Assembly: GCA_951406725.2 (NCBI GenBank)
Contig: OX597822.1
Coordinates: 93,372,001-93,436,000 of the forward strand
Length of the DNA stretch: 64,000 bases
DNA from: Octopus vulgaris
Taxonomy: Eukaryota
Reading direction: 5' to 3'
Notes under the pieces: model-generated
Database searches by the model: none
What the model was told of the DNA's origin: nothing
Seen by the model: the letters and a program-made list of their open reading frames with translations, nothing else
Position numbers and translations under genes: made by a program
Shown: piece by piece, positions 1 to 15,035 of the stretch
Layout of the letters: the number at the start of each line of letters is the position of its first letter
Position numbering within the stretch: position 1 is the stretch's first letter

Positions 1-72
1 CATGTGTGTGTTTATGTGTGTGTATATATATATATGCGCTGATATATATATGTATACATATTTGAATATATG

Positions 73-291
73 TTTCTTTATTACCCACAAGGGGCTAAAC
101 ATAGAGGGGACAAACAAGGACACAAAAAGGGATTAAGTCGATTTCATCGACCCCAGTGCGTAACTGGTACTTAATTTATCGACCTCGAAAGGATGAAAGG
201 CAAAGTCGACCTCGGCGGAATTTGAACTCAGAACGTAGCGACGGGCGAAATACCACGAAGCACTTCGCCCGGCGAGCTAACATCTCTGCCA
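73..291 (-). mobile_element. tRNA-derived SINE, family S1
   Basis: Reverse complement of the recurrent ...tggcagaatcgttagc...gagttcaaattcc...gcctttcatcctttcggggtcgataaattaagtacc...gtgtttagccccttgtgggt unit, with Pol III A/B-box-like motifs; at least 9 copies in the window. Confidence 0.85.
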
Positions 292-624
292 GAATATATG
301 TAAACATGAACATACAGACACACGTACTCACGTACATATATAACCTACTTACATAGATACACACGCACACATATCATATGTGCAATAATGGCCGGATCAA
401 TGGATGCATTTCTGTATGTGTGCACACGGGCACTTATGCATGCGTGTTTGTCTGTGTGTATGGACGGACGGATTTCGTCGCTTAGTGGAAATGTGCGGTA
501 TGATAAGTATATTTTGTGAATAGTTGTTGGCATGGCTCTGACCACGAGTAATTATGAAATTATGAACCGACACAGCAATTTCAGTTCTTATGACAGCAGA
601 TACTAACTCCTATTTTTGTAAGTG

Positions 625-826
<202 letters not shown>

Positions 827-878
827 CACATAAATAAATATATTTGTAACTTTAAAGATAAGGAAACACATATATACA

Positions 879-1022
879 TGCGTAGGAGTGGCTGCAGAAT
901 AAGTAGCTTGCTTACCAACCACATGGTTCCATGTTCAGTCCCACTGCGTAGCACCTTGGGCAAATGTCTTCTACTATAGCCTTGTGAGTGGATTTGGTTG
1001 AGAGGACTGAAAGAAACCCGTC

Positions 1023-1081
<59 letters not shown>

Positions 1082-1283
1082 GAATGGTTGTATACTGCCA
1101 ATCTAACGTGAACATCACCGCTTTTTAGCCCTAGGAAGAATCGACGCCTCCTGATGGCTTCCATGAGCTAAAAAGCGGTGGTGTAACCCCCTACTGTCAC
1201 GTTCACGTTAGATTGACGTATACAACCATTCTATCGCCCCACCACTGTACATATCTCTATGAGAGATTTAGAAATTTAATAGT

Positions 1284-1348
<65 letters not shown>

Positions 1349-1600
1349 CATATATATATATTATATGTATATATATGTGTGTGTATGTGTTTGTTTGCGT
1401 CTGTGTTTGTCCTCCCCCGCTCAACATCGCTTGACAACCGATGCACGTGCGTTTACGTCTCCGTAAGCTAGCGGTTCGGCAAAAGATACCGATAGAATAA
1501 GTACTAGGCTTATGAAGAATAAGTCCTGGGGTCGATTTGCTCGACTAAAGGTGGTGCTCCAGCATGGTCATAGTGAAATGACTGAAACAAGTAAAAGAAT
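879..1600 (+). mobile_element. tRNA-derived SINE, family S2 (head + internal (TA)n + 3' body), with a palindromic insert in its (TA)n
   Basis: Matches the uninterrupted copy at 33819-34220 (gcaggagtggctgtgtggtaag...gttcagtccc...accttgggcaa...cagcatggcc...aaatgactgaaacaagtaaaag). Confidence 0.85.
1079..1234. repeat. Fold-back (inverted) fragment of the structured element at 34925-35080
   Basis: atagaatggttgtatac...aatctaacgtgaac / gttcacgttagatt...gtatacaaccattctat and caccgctttttagc / gctaaaaagcggtg. Confidence 0.9.
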
Positions 1601-1704
1601 ATATATATAAACATATACTACAAAGATATATCTTGATATATGATTGATTGATTGATTCTAGTTTCAGCCTATGAGCTGTGGCCATGCTGGGGCACCGCCA
1701 TGTA

Positions 1705-2072
1705 TATTTTTTTTTACTTGTTTCAGTCATTTGACTGCGGCCATGCTGGAGCACCGCCTTTAGTCGAGCAAATCGACCCTGGGACTTATTCTTTGTTAGC
1801 CCAGTACTTATTCTATCGGTCTCTTTTGCCGAACCGCTAATGACGGGGACGTAAACACACCATCATCGGTTGTCAAGCAATGCTAGGGGGACAAACACAC
1901 ACACACAAACACACACACATACACATACACACATATATATATATATACATATATACGACAGGCTTCTTTCAGTTTCCGTCTACCAAATCCACTCACAAGG
2001 CATTGGTCGGCCCGGGGCTATAGCAGAAGACACTTGCCCAAGATGCCACGCAGTGGGACTGAACCCGGAACC
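1705..2072 (-). mobile_element. SINE S2, 5'-truncated
   Basis: Reverse complement of 33819-34220. Confidence 0.85.
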
Positions 2073-2323
2073 ATATTTATTTATTCTTATAATTATAATA
2101 AATAAATTTTGCTGATGATTGTCAATTGAATCTTTTCTCCATTTTCTTCCTTGCCTTATATAAATTCTGGATAAAATTTTGCTTACCTCCACTGGTACCT
2201 ATTATTCAACTGTACTATTGCCTTGCAACAGTAAGTTTTGAATGTAAACAGGTATCTCTCCAGTAGTACATTGAATATTTATAATCCCTTAGCTGGTTGC
2301 ATAACCTCTAACTCCTATATACT

Positions 2324-2910
<587 letters not shown>

Positions 2911-3253
2911 ACGTACGACCATATGCATGTATGTATGCATCTATGTATCTATATATACACTAGTTTATTTAACTTTTTAACATTTATTAGTCATGTACGT
3001 ATTCAGTTAACGATGGACTAATCGACTATTTAATTAGTCGCACGATTAATTCATCAATCAGCTGGTTTGTTTTAGAATCATTTCGTCGGCATTAGTGACC
3101 TCATCAATGGACTGATCTCGTTACTCCATGTCGACAAACAACAAATAAATGATAATATGTTTATCTGCAGAAATGTATGTATGTTTATGTGTCTGCGTTC
3201 ATGTATACATTTCTTACTGTGTGTGTGTGTGTGTGTGTGTATGTGTGTGTTTG

Positions 3254-3287
<34 letters not shown>

Positions 3288-3393
3288 GGTGTGTGTACAT
3301 ATATATAAACATACATAGATATATATTTTATATGCATACATATTTATATACATATACATATATATATATACATATACATATACATACATATAC

Positions 3394-3427
<34 letters not shown>

Positions 3428-3489
3428 GTATATATATGTATATATATATATATATATATATGTACATACACACACACACACATACACAT

Positions 3490-3539
<50 letters not shown>

Positions 3540-4092
3540 TTGAATGTTTATATATACACAAGTATATGTGTGTATATATATGCATATATAAATATATATA
3601 TATATGTTTGAATGTATTATCTGTATACCGTGTATAATGAGGTGTTATTCCCTTAAAATGATCATTTCTACTGTTGTCACAAGACTTGATATTTTGGTTA
3701 GAGGGTGTTAGTTGATTACACCGACCTCAGTGCTCGACTGGTATTTGTTAAATCGACTCCGTAAGGAAGAAAATATTGTAATTCCCGTAAAATGTGTGCT
3801 TTTTCTTTTAAACGGAAGTTTGGAAAATATCCAATTCATTCTATGTTACTGAAGAAAAAGCGAAAAATAATTATTGAATACAAACTAGAGGCATAGGCTT
3901 GGGCGTGTAGTTAAGAAACTCGCTTTGCAACCGCATGTCTTCTCCTGTAGCCATTGGCCGACCAATACCTTGTGAGTGAATTTGGTAGACGGATACTGTG
4001 CGGAAGCCCGTCGTATATATATATATTATATATTCTAAAATACGCACGCACGCATATTGTTTGCATACATTTATATATACATATATATATAT

Positions 4093-4183
<91 letters not shown>

Positions 4184-4399
4184 AATATATATATGTATGT
4201 ACATACATATATATATTGATATGCATATATATATATATGGTAAGCGGACGCTAAACGATGATGATGATGATGATATATATACATATACATACATACCTAC
4301 ATACATGCATACACACACACACACACACACGCACATATATATATATACATACATACATAAATATATATTATATTATATTATATTATAGTGTATCTTATA

Positions 4400-4439
<40 letters not shown>

Positions 4440-4661
4440 GTATACATATACACACAAAGGTATATTTGGTCTAGTAGCAATGCAACCGATTTTTATTATA
4501 CGATTTTTCCTTATTTCCCGTTCTTCTTTTTCTTGTTTCACTTCTTTCTTCCTTTAACTTTCCAAAATAGATCGAAACATCGCAGATACTTCCACTTCCC
4601 CAATCTTTCATTCGTTTTACTTTGTCTTCTGTATGGGTAATTTCGTCGTAAAACTTAACCC

Positions 4662-4782
<121 letters not shown>

Positions 4783-5307
4783 CATCTATCTATATGGTGA
4801 AAGAATGTATCTGGTGGACGCGTCTGAAAGGATTAGAGACAAACACTTTCCTCTCTGGTTAATCTCTCTTCAACTTCTTCAAGTATCACTTGAAAAGGAA
4901 AGTGAGAGTAGAGAGGCAAGTTTTGTCTAGTGAATGTTTCAAAAAAAAAAGATGGGTGAATGTAGCCATGATGGCATGTATGAATGACGAAGCCACCTTG
5001 AGCATAATCCTATGAACCCGGAAAAATTTAAAACAGAGAGTTATTTACTTGCAAATAAATGTCTTAACATGTGACATTAATGACCGAGGTTACCGTGGTC
5101 TTTTTCGTAGGCTTTTATTTTCGTGGATAAACCTTATCTGCTTCTCTCTTTACACTTTACATCATGACATTTCTGTGATACACGATCCCTATTGATCGTT
5201 TTTTTCTTTTCTTTTCTTTTCGTTTTTCTTTTATGTATATAGCTGTATCTATATAGCTGTGTGTATATATGTATGTATTTATGTATGCTTGTATGCATGC
5301 ATATATT

Positions 5308-5394
<87 letters not shown>

Positions 5395-5404
5395 GTCTGT
5401 CTGT

Positions 5405-5437
<33 letters not shown>

Positions 5438-5474
5438 TGTCTGTCTGTCTGTCCATCGATCCGTCCATCGATCC

Positions 5475-5555
<81 letters not shown>

Positions 5556-6040
5556 GTTAGCTGGCTATCTAGTCAGCTACATATGTATGTATGTATGTAT
5601 GTATGCATGGAAACAAAGGATTGGTTTAAAATTTTACGACAATTATTTCGCTGGAAATTTTTACTTAGTGCAGTTGTAATACAGTATCATACACTACGTC
5701 ACACATTACGTAATTTTCCCATGCTTATCAGTAAAATTTAAAACCATTCGTTTTCTTACTGTTATTGCTTCATGCCACACTTGAATTTTCATTGAATTAC
5801 AAGTAAACGACTGGAATTGGAAGTAACAAATGAACATTGAATGGTCTACGATGCTGCATTTAAACTAATAATGGATTACTTCACTTTGTATTTTGCGTAG
5901 TAACTCTGCCTAGCCAGTTGGTGGCGTACTACTAGTTCCTATGTCTTGATGATTTATGAAATCACAGGTACACCCACACATGCACACACATACACACACA
6001 CACACACACACACGCACGCACATGTATGCATGTATGCATA

Positions 6041-6677
6041 CAGGGACGGTTTTCAACCAATTATATTTTTTTTAAAATTGGGCCCCGCATCAAGAGAGCC
6101 CCACGCCAAGAGAGGGCCCCACGCCAAGAGAGGGCTCCGCGTCAAGAGAGGGCTCGGCGTCAAGGGCACACGAACCGTGGACGCTATGATGAAATAAACA
6201 TTTCCTTACGTTTATAGTGTTTCGAAGATTTACTGAACAATGCACATAACAGCTGCATCAGGTGAAAGAAGTTTTCCAAAACTAAAACAGATTAAAACAT
6301 ACCTACAGTCAACAATTTCGCAAGATAGACATTGGGGATAACTATTTGTCGAAAATGACATAACAAAAACCGTTGACTTCGAAAGGTTTTCGAAAGACGT
6401 CTCAGCTAAAATCTCAAGAAAAGTATATCTTTACTAGGCCTATCCACAAACAGCATGTCAGCAACTATCTTGACGTGTAGTAAAACATTAAAACTTTCAT
6501 ATGGGCCTTTTTTTTTTTTTTTTGTATATCATTGTGGCTAATGGTGGAGTTTCAAACCCTCAACGGTTTTTGCCATGACTGGCGTACAACACGAAGTATA
6601 AAACATTTAATTTTCAGCTTTTGTAGAGTAGAAGGCCCCATTAACAATTCTCTACTTGGGCTCCGCACTTCCTAGAG
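6041..6677 (+). mobile_element. Internally deleted hAT transposon relic with 18-bp subterminal repeats
   Basis: 6240-6330 translates MHITAASGERSFPKLKQIKTYLQSTISQDR (hAT C-terminal dimerisation motif); caagagagggccccacgc repeated about 4 times at 6090-6165. Confidence 0.75.
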
Positions 6678-6952
6678 TATATATGCATGCACTCACACAT
6701 ATCACACAGACACTCACATATAAACACACGCTCGAACAAATTTGTAATGTTTATGCAAGAAGTGTGTAGAGTCTATATAAATGTATTTACATGAAATAAT
6801 CGGGGATTCCACACTGAAGCATGGTTCTTTTTGTTTGCTGGACCGTAACTGTCACCGCTTTTGTGGGGTACGGTTGACTGGACGAACAAAACCATCGTTT
6901 TCAGGGGGTACTCCCTGCTAAGCCGAAACTTAACACACGCGCGCACACATAC

Positions 6953-7015
<63 letters not shown>

Positions 7016-7078
7016 CACATACATACATACACACACACATACACAACGTACCTGCCTAGACACAGACATGCCTTTTGA

Positions 7079-7129
<51 letters not shown>

Positions 7130-7149
7130 TATATGTATACATACATATA

Positions 7150-7520
7150 CAGGCATACCTCACCCTACGTCGTTAGTTGGTTCCAGGAGACGCGACTGAA
7201 GTCGAAAAACGACTTAAGTCGAATTGACTCCGTCTGTAGGCTACGCTAGGCCGAATTTACTTGTCTCTAGGCTAAACCAGTAATAACCATTCCCATTTCT
7301 ATACTTTATGAATGCATTTTCAATAAAACATGGTGAAATAAAAGCTTCTTTTATTTCTGTAAAAATTCTGTAATTATTATTATTTTGCAATAGAAAAAAA
7401 ATTAAACTAAATTATTTTAAGTTTACCAAAGTCGAGTAAAATGACTTATCTCAATTTTTTTTTACATATATTATTTTTGAAAACTGACGTGTAATCGAGA
7501 AATACTTAAGCCGACCATGC

Positions 7521-7523
<3 letters not shown>
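7150..7523. mobile_element. Tigger/pogo-like MITE
   Basis: TA|caggcata ... catgcctg|TA termini. Confidence 0.65.
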
Positions 7524-7615
<92 letters not shown>

Positions 7616-7774
7616 TGTATAAATATATATATGTATGTGTGTGTGTATTTGGAGAGAAAATTCTTTTTCTCAAAGAGTTAATGGTTCTTTTTTCAATCTT
7701 AACTCTTTGAGAAAAAAATCTTCTCTCCAAATATTATAAGTGTATCAAGGAATTTCCAAACCACTCCAAATATA

Positions 7775-8160
7775 CATGGCTGTGTGGTAAGAATCTTGCT
7801 TCCCAACCAGGTGCTTTCAGGTTCAGATCCACTGCGTGGTACATTGGGCAGCTATTTCTACTATAGCCTCGGACTGACCAAAGCGTTGTGAGTGGATTTA
7901 ATAGACGGAAACTGAAAGAAGTCTGTAGCTTATATATGTATATATACATGTGTGTGTGTGTGTGCTTGTGTGAGCGCGTGTCTGTATTTGTGCCCACGAC
8001 CGCTTCACAATCGGTGTTGATGTGTTTACGTCCTCGTAACATAGCGGTTCGACAAGAAAGGTGAATAGAATAAGTATATGGCTTAAAAACGTCCTGTTCG
8101 ACTAAAGGCGGTGCTCCATCATGGCCACGGTCAAATGATTGAAACAAGTAAAAGAATAAA
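7775..8160 (+). mobile_element. SINE S2 (diverged)
   Basis: Similarity to 33819-34220. Confidence 0.8.
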
Positions 8161-8189
8161 AGAATATATATATATGTATGTATATATTA

Positions 8190-8226
<37 letters not shown>

Positions 8227-8263
8227 GTATATATATATGTATATATATGTGTATGTATGTATG

Positions 8264-9115
<852 letters not shown>

Positions 9116-9223
9116 TAACGATCATTGTGAAAGTGACTGTGTTTTACCAGTAAGCTACCAGGTGTAAACTTTTCATTTTATTATCCAATATATGTATATA
9201 TATATATATTATATATATGTATG

Positions 9224-9300
<77 letters not shown>

Positions 9301-9448
9301 AGTATATATATATATGTATGTATGTATGTATATATATATATATATATATGCATATATGAGTACAGAACGTCACCAACTGTAAACAAAATGAAATACGAAA
9401 AAATCTGACCTGGTGCCAAAATTTGAAACTAATATTACATAATATGGT

Positions 9449-9499
<51 letters not shown>

Positions 9500-9623
9500 G
9501 ATTATTTAAGAAAACATTGGTAGGGAATTTCTTTCTAGAACCATCTATCTATATAGTTTTCTTATAGTAAAGAGGTTTTTCGTACACGAAGAAAACAAAC
9601 GAAACTTTCCTGATTTCAGTTTT

Positions 9624-9662
<39 letters not shown>

Positions 9663-9671
9663 TCACTCTCC

Positions 9672-9709
<38 letters not shown>

Positions 9710-9710
9710 A

Positions 9711-9742
<32 letters not shown>

Positions 9743-10115
9743 ACTCCCTCCTCCTCACACGGAAAGCGCTTATATGTCTCAAGTCAGACGTAATGTTTCT
9801 TTTTCGGAATTTACATACTAATGTATATGTATATATATATATATATATACTGCATCTATTTTTATTAATGTATATACTTTTAACTTTAATGCTACACTGT
9901 ATTCTTAATTTTTAATGAATTCATTATGTTTTAAATATGATAAATTTCTCTGTAAGTCCTTCCCTAAAGGTATTCTGACTTGTAGTAATTAACTAAATTG
10001 ATTTAGATAAATTAAATCAAATTTGGTGGATTTTATTCTGCAAGTGATGAATTGAAACAATTGTGGGTCTTATCAATGTATTAATAAACTTTTATTAATC
10101 TTCTCTCTTGGTCTT

Positions 10116-10161
<46 letters not shown>

Positions 10162-10190
10162 TACATACACATATACATATACAGACATAC

Positions 10191-10232
<42 letters not shown>

Positions 10233-10329
10233 GTATATACATATTCATATATATACATGTAGACATACGTGTATGTATATATATATATAAATATAAATAT
10301 ATACGTATGTCTGAATGTGAGTCTGTATA

Positions 10330-10370
<41 letters not shown>

Positions 10371-10534
10371 GGTCCCGGGTTGATTCGGGGTTAACCACAG
10401 TAAGTAAGGTACTCAATACATAGCAGAGTAAAATTAATTTATTATATAGAAATACAGGACTAGTACTGTTTCATTCAAGAGAAATCTTCAGGAAGAAGAT
10501 TGAATGAAACAGTACTAGTCCTATAAACTCCTTC

Positions 10535-10596
<62 letters not shown>

Positions 10597-10885
10597 GTAT
10601 GTGTGTGTGTGTGTGTGTGCATGTAAGACGCACGTACATATGTATGTATATATGTATGTATGTATGCATGTGTGAATGTGTACGTATAATACTTCACAAA
10701 TGCATCATGTCTCCATTTTCATGTGTCGTTTCCTGGATAGGTCTGAATATATTATTTTGAATTACATACGTATACACTTATATACATACATACTTATATA
10801 CGTACATAAATACATACAAACATACATATGCTGATATATCCGTACACACGCTCATACAGACATACATACACACACTCACACACAT

Positions 10886-10998
<113 letters not shown>

Positions 10999-11175
10999 AA
11001 AATGGAGAAACACATTAGTTGGTTTACCAACTTTAGAATATTAGAATGTTGTCTTATCTAATTAACAAAACTACAACCATAATAACATACATATGTACAG
11101 TATAAATTTCAATACATTTAAGATAAAAATACAAGTACTTATTAAAAAAATAATATAAATTGTTAGAATCATTAA

Positions 11176-11304
11176 AACCACTTACAGCTGTTTCAGCCTA
11201 TGGAAAAAAAGTAATTTTTTGTGCCTATACTTGTCAATTATATTGAGGTTGCAGTCAGTTAAAAATGGGGTATTTATATATATCCATAGGCCTCGTCAGA
11301 GATT
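11176..11304 (-). ncRNA. Minimal type-I hammerhead ribozyme motif
   Basis: CUGACGA-ggccuaugga...uccauaggcu-GAAAC-agcu-GUA; 10-bp stem II, palindromic stem III, weak stem I. Confidence 0.75.
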
Positions 11305-11590
11305 ATAAAGTACTTTCGAAATATAAATATATACATGAAACAGGATACACGTACAATTTAATAGACATATAAATATAAATATATATCCATATATACATAC
11401 ATATATATATATAGATAAGCAAAATATATACACCTATACATGTACATAAATAGGCACAATTAAACATACGTACAAGTTTATAGAGAATAAATCATATACA
11501 TATATATACATATATACTGGAATATACATATACATCCATATTCATGAATACACATATAATATTTAATTATTACTATCATAATCATCATCA

Positions 11591-11669
<79 letters not shown>

Positions 11670-11694
11670 CATTATTATTATTTATGTATTCGTT

Positions 11695-14530
11695 TCATTA
11701 TCATGCAAACGTCGAAGTTATCCAATCCATCAGTCGTAGTGGTTCTGGTGGATATTTATTTTCCTTCTCACAGATCCTACACCCTCCTATCTTCTCGGCA
11801 ATTTGCTTGGTAAGGCCTGGCCACCAAACATTGTCACGCACCAGTGCTCGGCATTTGACGATACCTTGGTGTCCTTCATGTAGACGATCCAATATATCTT
11901 TTTGGAGGTCTGCTGAGATGATGAGTCGGCCCTGATACAGTGAGAGTACCTGATAAACTGTTAGGTACTTGAGTACAAACCGGTAGGCTCTCAATTCCGG
12001 ATTTTGTGTGGCTGCTTCAGGCCAGTGGTCCATCTTGTTGAAATTGATAACTTGACCACAGATTTTATCAGTGCTTTGTTTCTGCCTGATTTTCTCCAGT
12101 CGTTTGTCACTCACGGAGATGTTCTCTATGATAGAACGGACGAATATGTCTGTCTCTGTCTCCTGCTGGAACTCTTGTTTCGGTGGTACGCTGCCAGAAG
12201 CCCTGGATAGGGTGCCTGCTGTAATGAGATTCTTCCCTGCGGTGTTGGTGATCTTGTAGGTGTATCTCATTAAGAGCATGCGGAAACGCTGGATTCTTGG
12301 AGTCAACGCATCGAGTTTAGTCTTTAGCAGTGGTAGTAGAGGTTTGTGATCTGTTTCTGTCTAGAACTTTGGTAGTCCTATTAAGAAGTCAGCAAACTTC
12401 TCACAACACCGCTGCTAATGCTTCCTTCGCAATCTGGGCATATCTCTGCCCTGTATCAGTGAGTGATATCGATGCATAGAATACATGTCTCCAGCTATCT
12501 CCTTCCTTCTGAAGAAGTACTCCACCCAAGCCAAAAGACGATGCATCTGCTGAGACCCTTGTTGGTTTGTCAGCACTATAATGCATCAGTACTGGTGTAG
12601 AGCTCAGTTTTTTTTCAGAGTCCGAAACACTGTTTCTTGAGACTGGTCCCATGTCCATGTAATTTCTGTTTTTTTAGTAGATCCTGAAGTGGCTTAATGT
12701 CTCTGCTAAATTCTCAGCGAATTTGCCAACCTGATTTACCATACCGAGCAACCTTCTTAGCTCAGATACATTTTGTGGTCTGGTCAATTCCTTTATTGCT
12801 TTTACTTTCCCAGGATCTACTTGGATTCCTTCTTTGGATATTATATGACCCATAAATTTCACATCACTAGCACAGAATAAACACATTTCATTTAGTGTTA
12901 GCCCTGCTGCTTTCATTCTTTGTAGTACCTTTTGTACCCTCTGGTCGTGCTCTTGTGTTTTTCCACTGATGACCCCTGGTATTCCTGACACAATCTGTGG
13001 AAAATTTCTGGTTCATAGCATATTCCGAAAGGTAACAGTAAATAATAGAAACACGCATACGGTGTGATGAAAGTGGTAAGTTCCTGTGAGTCTTCATGCA
13101 GAACTTGGCTCCTTCAAGTTCAGCAACAAGTTGATCAGTTGAAGGAAGTGGAAAATTTTTCCTTTTTCACACTTTCGTTTAATTTAGTGTAGTCGACACA
13201 AATCTGACTCTTCCATCTTTTTTGGGGCCGCTACAATGGGAACACACCAGTCTGTCGGGAACTCCACTGGACGGATAATTTTCTCTTTTTCCATTCGCTT
13301 TAACTCTTTCTGAACTTTCTTCTTCATGGGAAGTGGTAGTCGTCCGGGGGCACTGATTGAGAAAGGTTGAGCTGTTTCATTCAAGTGAATTTTGTATACA
13401 TGCCTCAATTTCCTTAGGCCTGTAAACACACTGGAGAAGTCTTTTTTGTATTGAAGAGCTTCACTTTTCATCACATTGATTTTACTTAATAGATTGAGAG
13501 CTTTGATTGCTGGTCCACCTAATAATGGTTAGTTAGTTAGTTAGTTAGTTAATTTGGCTCAAAAGCAAATAGCAAGGCCATGTAGGGGGACATAAAGTTA
13601 AGTACGGGGTGGTGTTCATGTAAAGAGTTCAGGCCACTTGTGGTCAAGGGAGACTTTGAACCGAGCGGTCGTCGGCATCTTCACCATCTCGTCTGGCAGC
13701 TTATTCCACGGATCCGCAACCCGGACGGAGAAAGCTCCTCTCCTTCGATTGAGATGAAATCGTCGCAGGTAGAGCTTTTCGGAGTGACCCCGCAGCCGAC
13801 GCTCTGGAGCAGGAGTGAAGAACAGCTCTTTCGAGAGGTTACACTTTCCGCTTATGATGTTGTGGGCGAGAATGAGATCACCACGGCGGCGGCGTTTTTC
13901 TAGAGAATAAAGGTCGAGCGTCCTCAGCCTTTCTTCATAAGACAAATGTTTGAGACCAAGAACCATGCGGGTAGCCAGCTTCTGGACCCTTTCGAGATGC
14001 TGTATGTCTTTGAGGAGATAAGGAGAAGAGGCTTGAATCCCGTACTCCAATATGGGTTCAGCTAAGTCTTGTACAACGTACAGTTCCTGTTGCGACGTTG
14101 CTTTCCCATAACTCAATGTGGCATCTACGCGTCCAAGTACTTTAGTTTGTGTTGACCTGGTCTATATAACCTTTTGTTTATAGGTTTTATTTTTAATATT
14201 GTAGAATTCTTCCTGAAGAACTGATCAGGTACTACTGTCACATCTGCGCCAGTATCCAGTCTAAATTCGACAATTATGCTGCAGACTTTGGTGGTGACTT
14301 CTATTTTTGCTTGCCATTCTATCTTATTGTCTTCACAAACTGCATTTATATTTTCCGAAGAAACATAACCTAAGAAATGATGTCCTTCCTCTTAAACTCT
14401 CCTAACTCTTGAAAAATTCCTGCAAACAGTTGCGTAGTGTCCTATTTTCGAACACCCTCTGCATCTTGTTGCACTTTCTCTTAGGCATCTTCTTTTTATG
14501 TTGATACCCTTTTTAATTATTTGGTCCTGT
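11695..14530 (-). mobile_element. Decayed Ty3/Gypsy gag-pol (CCHC knuckle, protease, RT, RNase H, integrase Zn finger); no LTRs seen
   Basis: CRGCSKIGHYATVC (~14420-14465), FRLDTGADVTV (~14250-14285), VSADASSFGLGGVLLQ, LHEGHQGIVKCR...VWWPG...CRIC; many frameshifts. Confidence 0.92.
13526..14056 (-). mobile_element. 3' fragment of CR1/L2-type LINE with (TAAC)n tail, inserted in the Gypsy
   Basis: Nearly identical to 28960-29490; the Gypsy frame resumes across it (LAEP|LLGGPA). Confidence 0.93.
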
Positions 14531-14731
14531 GACACGGTTTCATTGTGGATCTGTTATTATTGATTTATAAACAATTCATATCTATGTATACGAGTGTCTT
14601 CAGAGCCTTGGTTCAAAAGACAGAGGAAATTCCATATAAAAGAACTGCCAGATTGGTTATAGATCTTAGATTATATTATATTATAATGTAAATAAGTCGC
14701 TAGAATGTCAATTGTATTTCTCTATTTAATT

Positions 14732-14814
<83 letters not shown>

Positions 14815-14900
14815 CAATAATAAATCTCTGAGCTAGGTATAAACAGTAGCTGCACGACAATGTGAAGTATATTTGCTACTTAAATGTGGCTAACCACTAA

Positions 14901-15008
14901 GGGTGGATGCTACAGCAGCTTGTAGCCCCAGGAGAACATCTTCTCCGGCTGGCTATTGACACACTTTCTGTGCCCTATCAGTATTTGCAAAGGGAAGCCA
15001 TCCTTCCC
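14901..15008 (-). ncRNA. Unassigned multi-stem motif, copy B
   Basis: Shares junction sequences and helices with 34969-35080 and 44070-44171; strand inferred from G-U pairs. Confidence 0.5.
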
Positions 15009-15035
15009 ATCATCGACCTAACGTGATACGCACGT

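Noticed and set aside
4815-4895. Hammerhead on the minus strand (UUGAAGA...AGACGCGUC)
   Set aside because: GAAA core and stem I are too degraded to call
9955-10070. Hammerhead 3' half (gaaacaattgt)
   Set aside because: No CUGANGA, and the cleavage triplet is GUG
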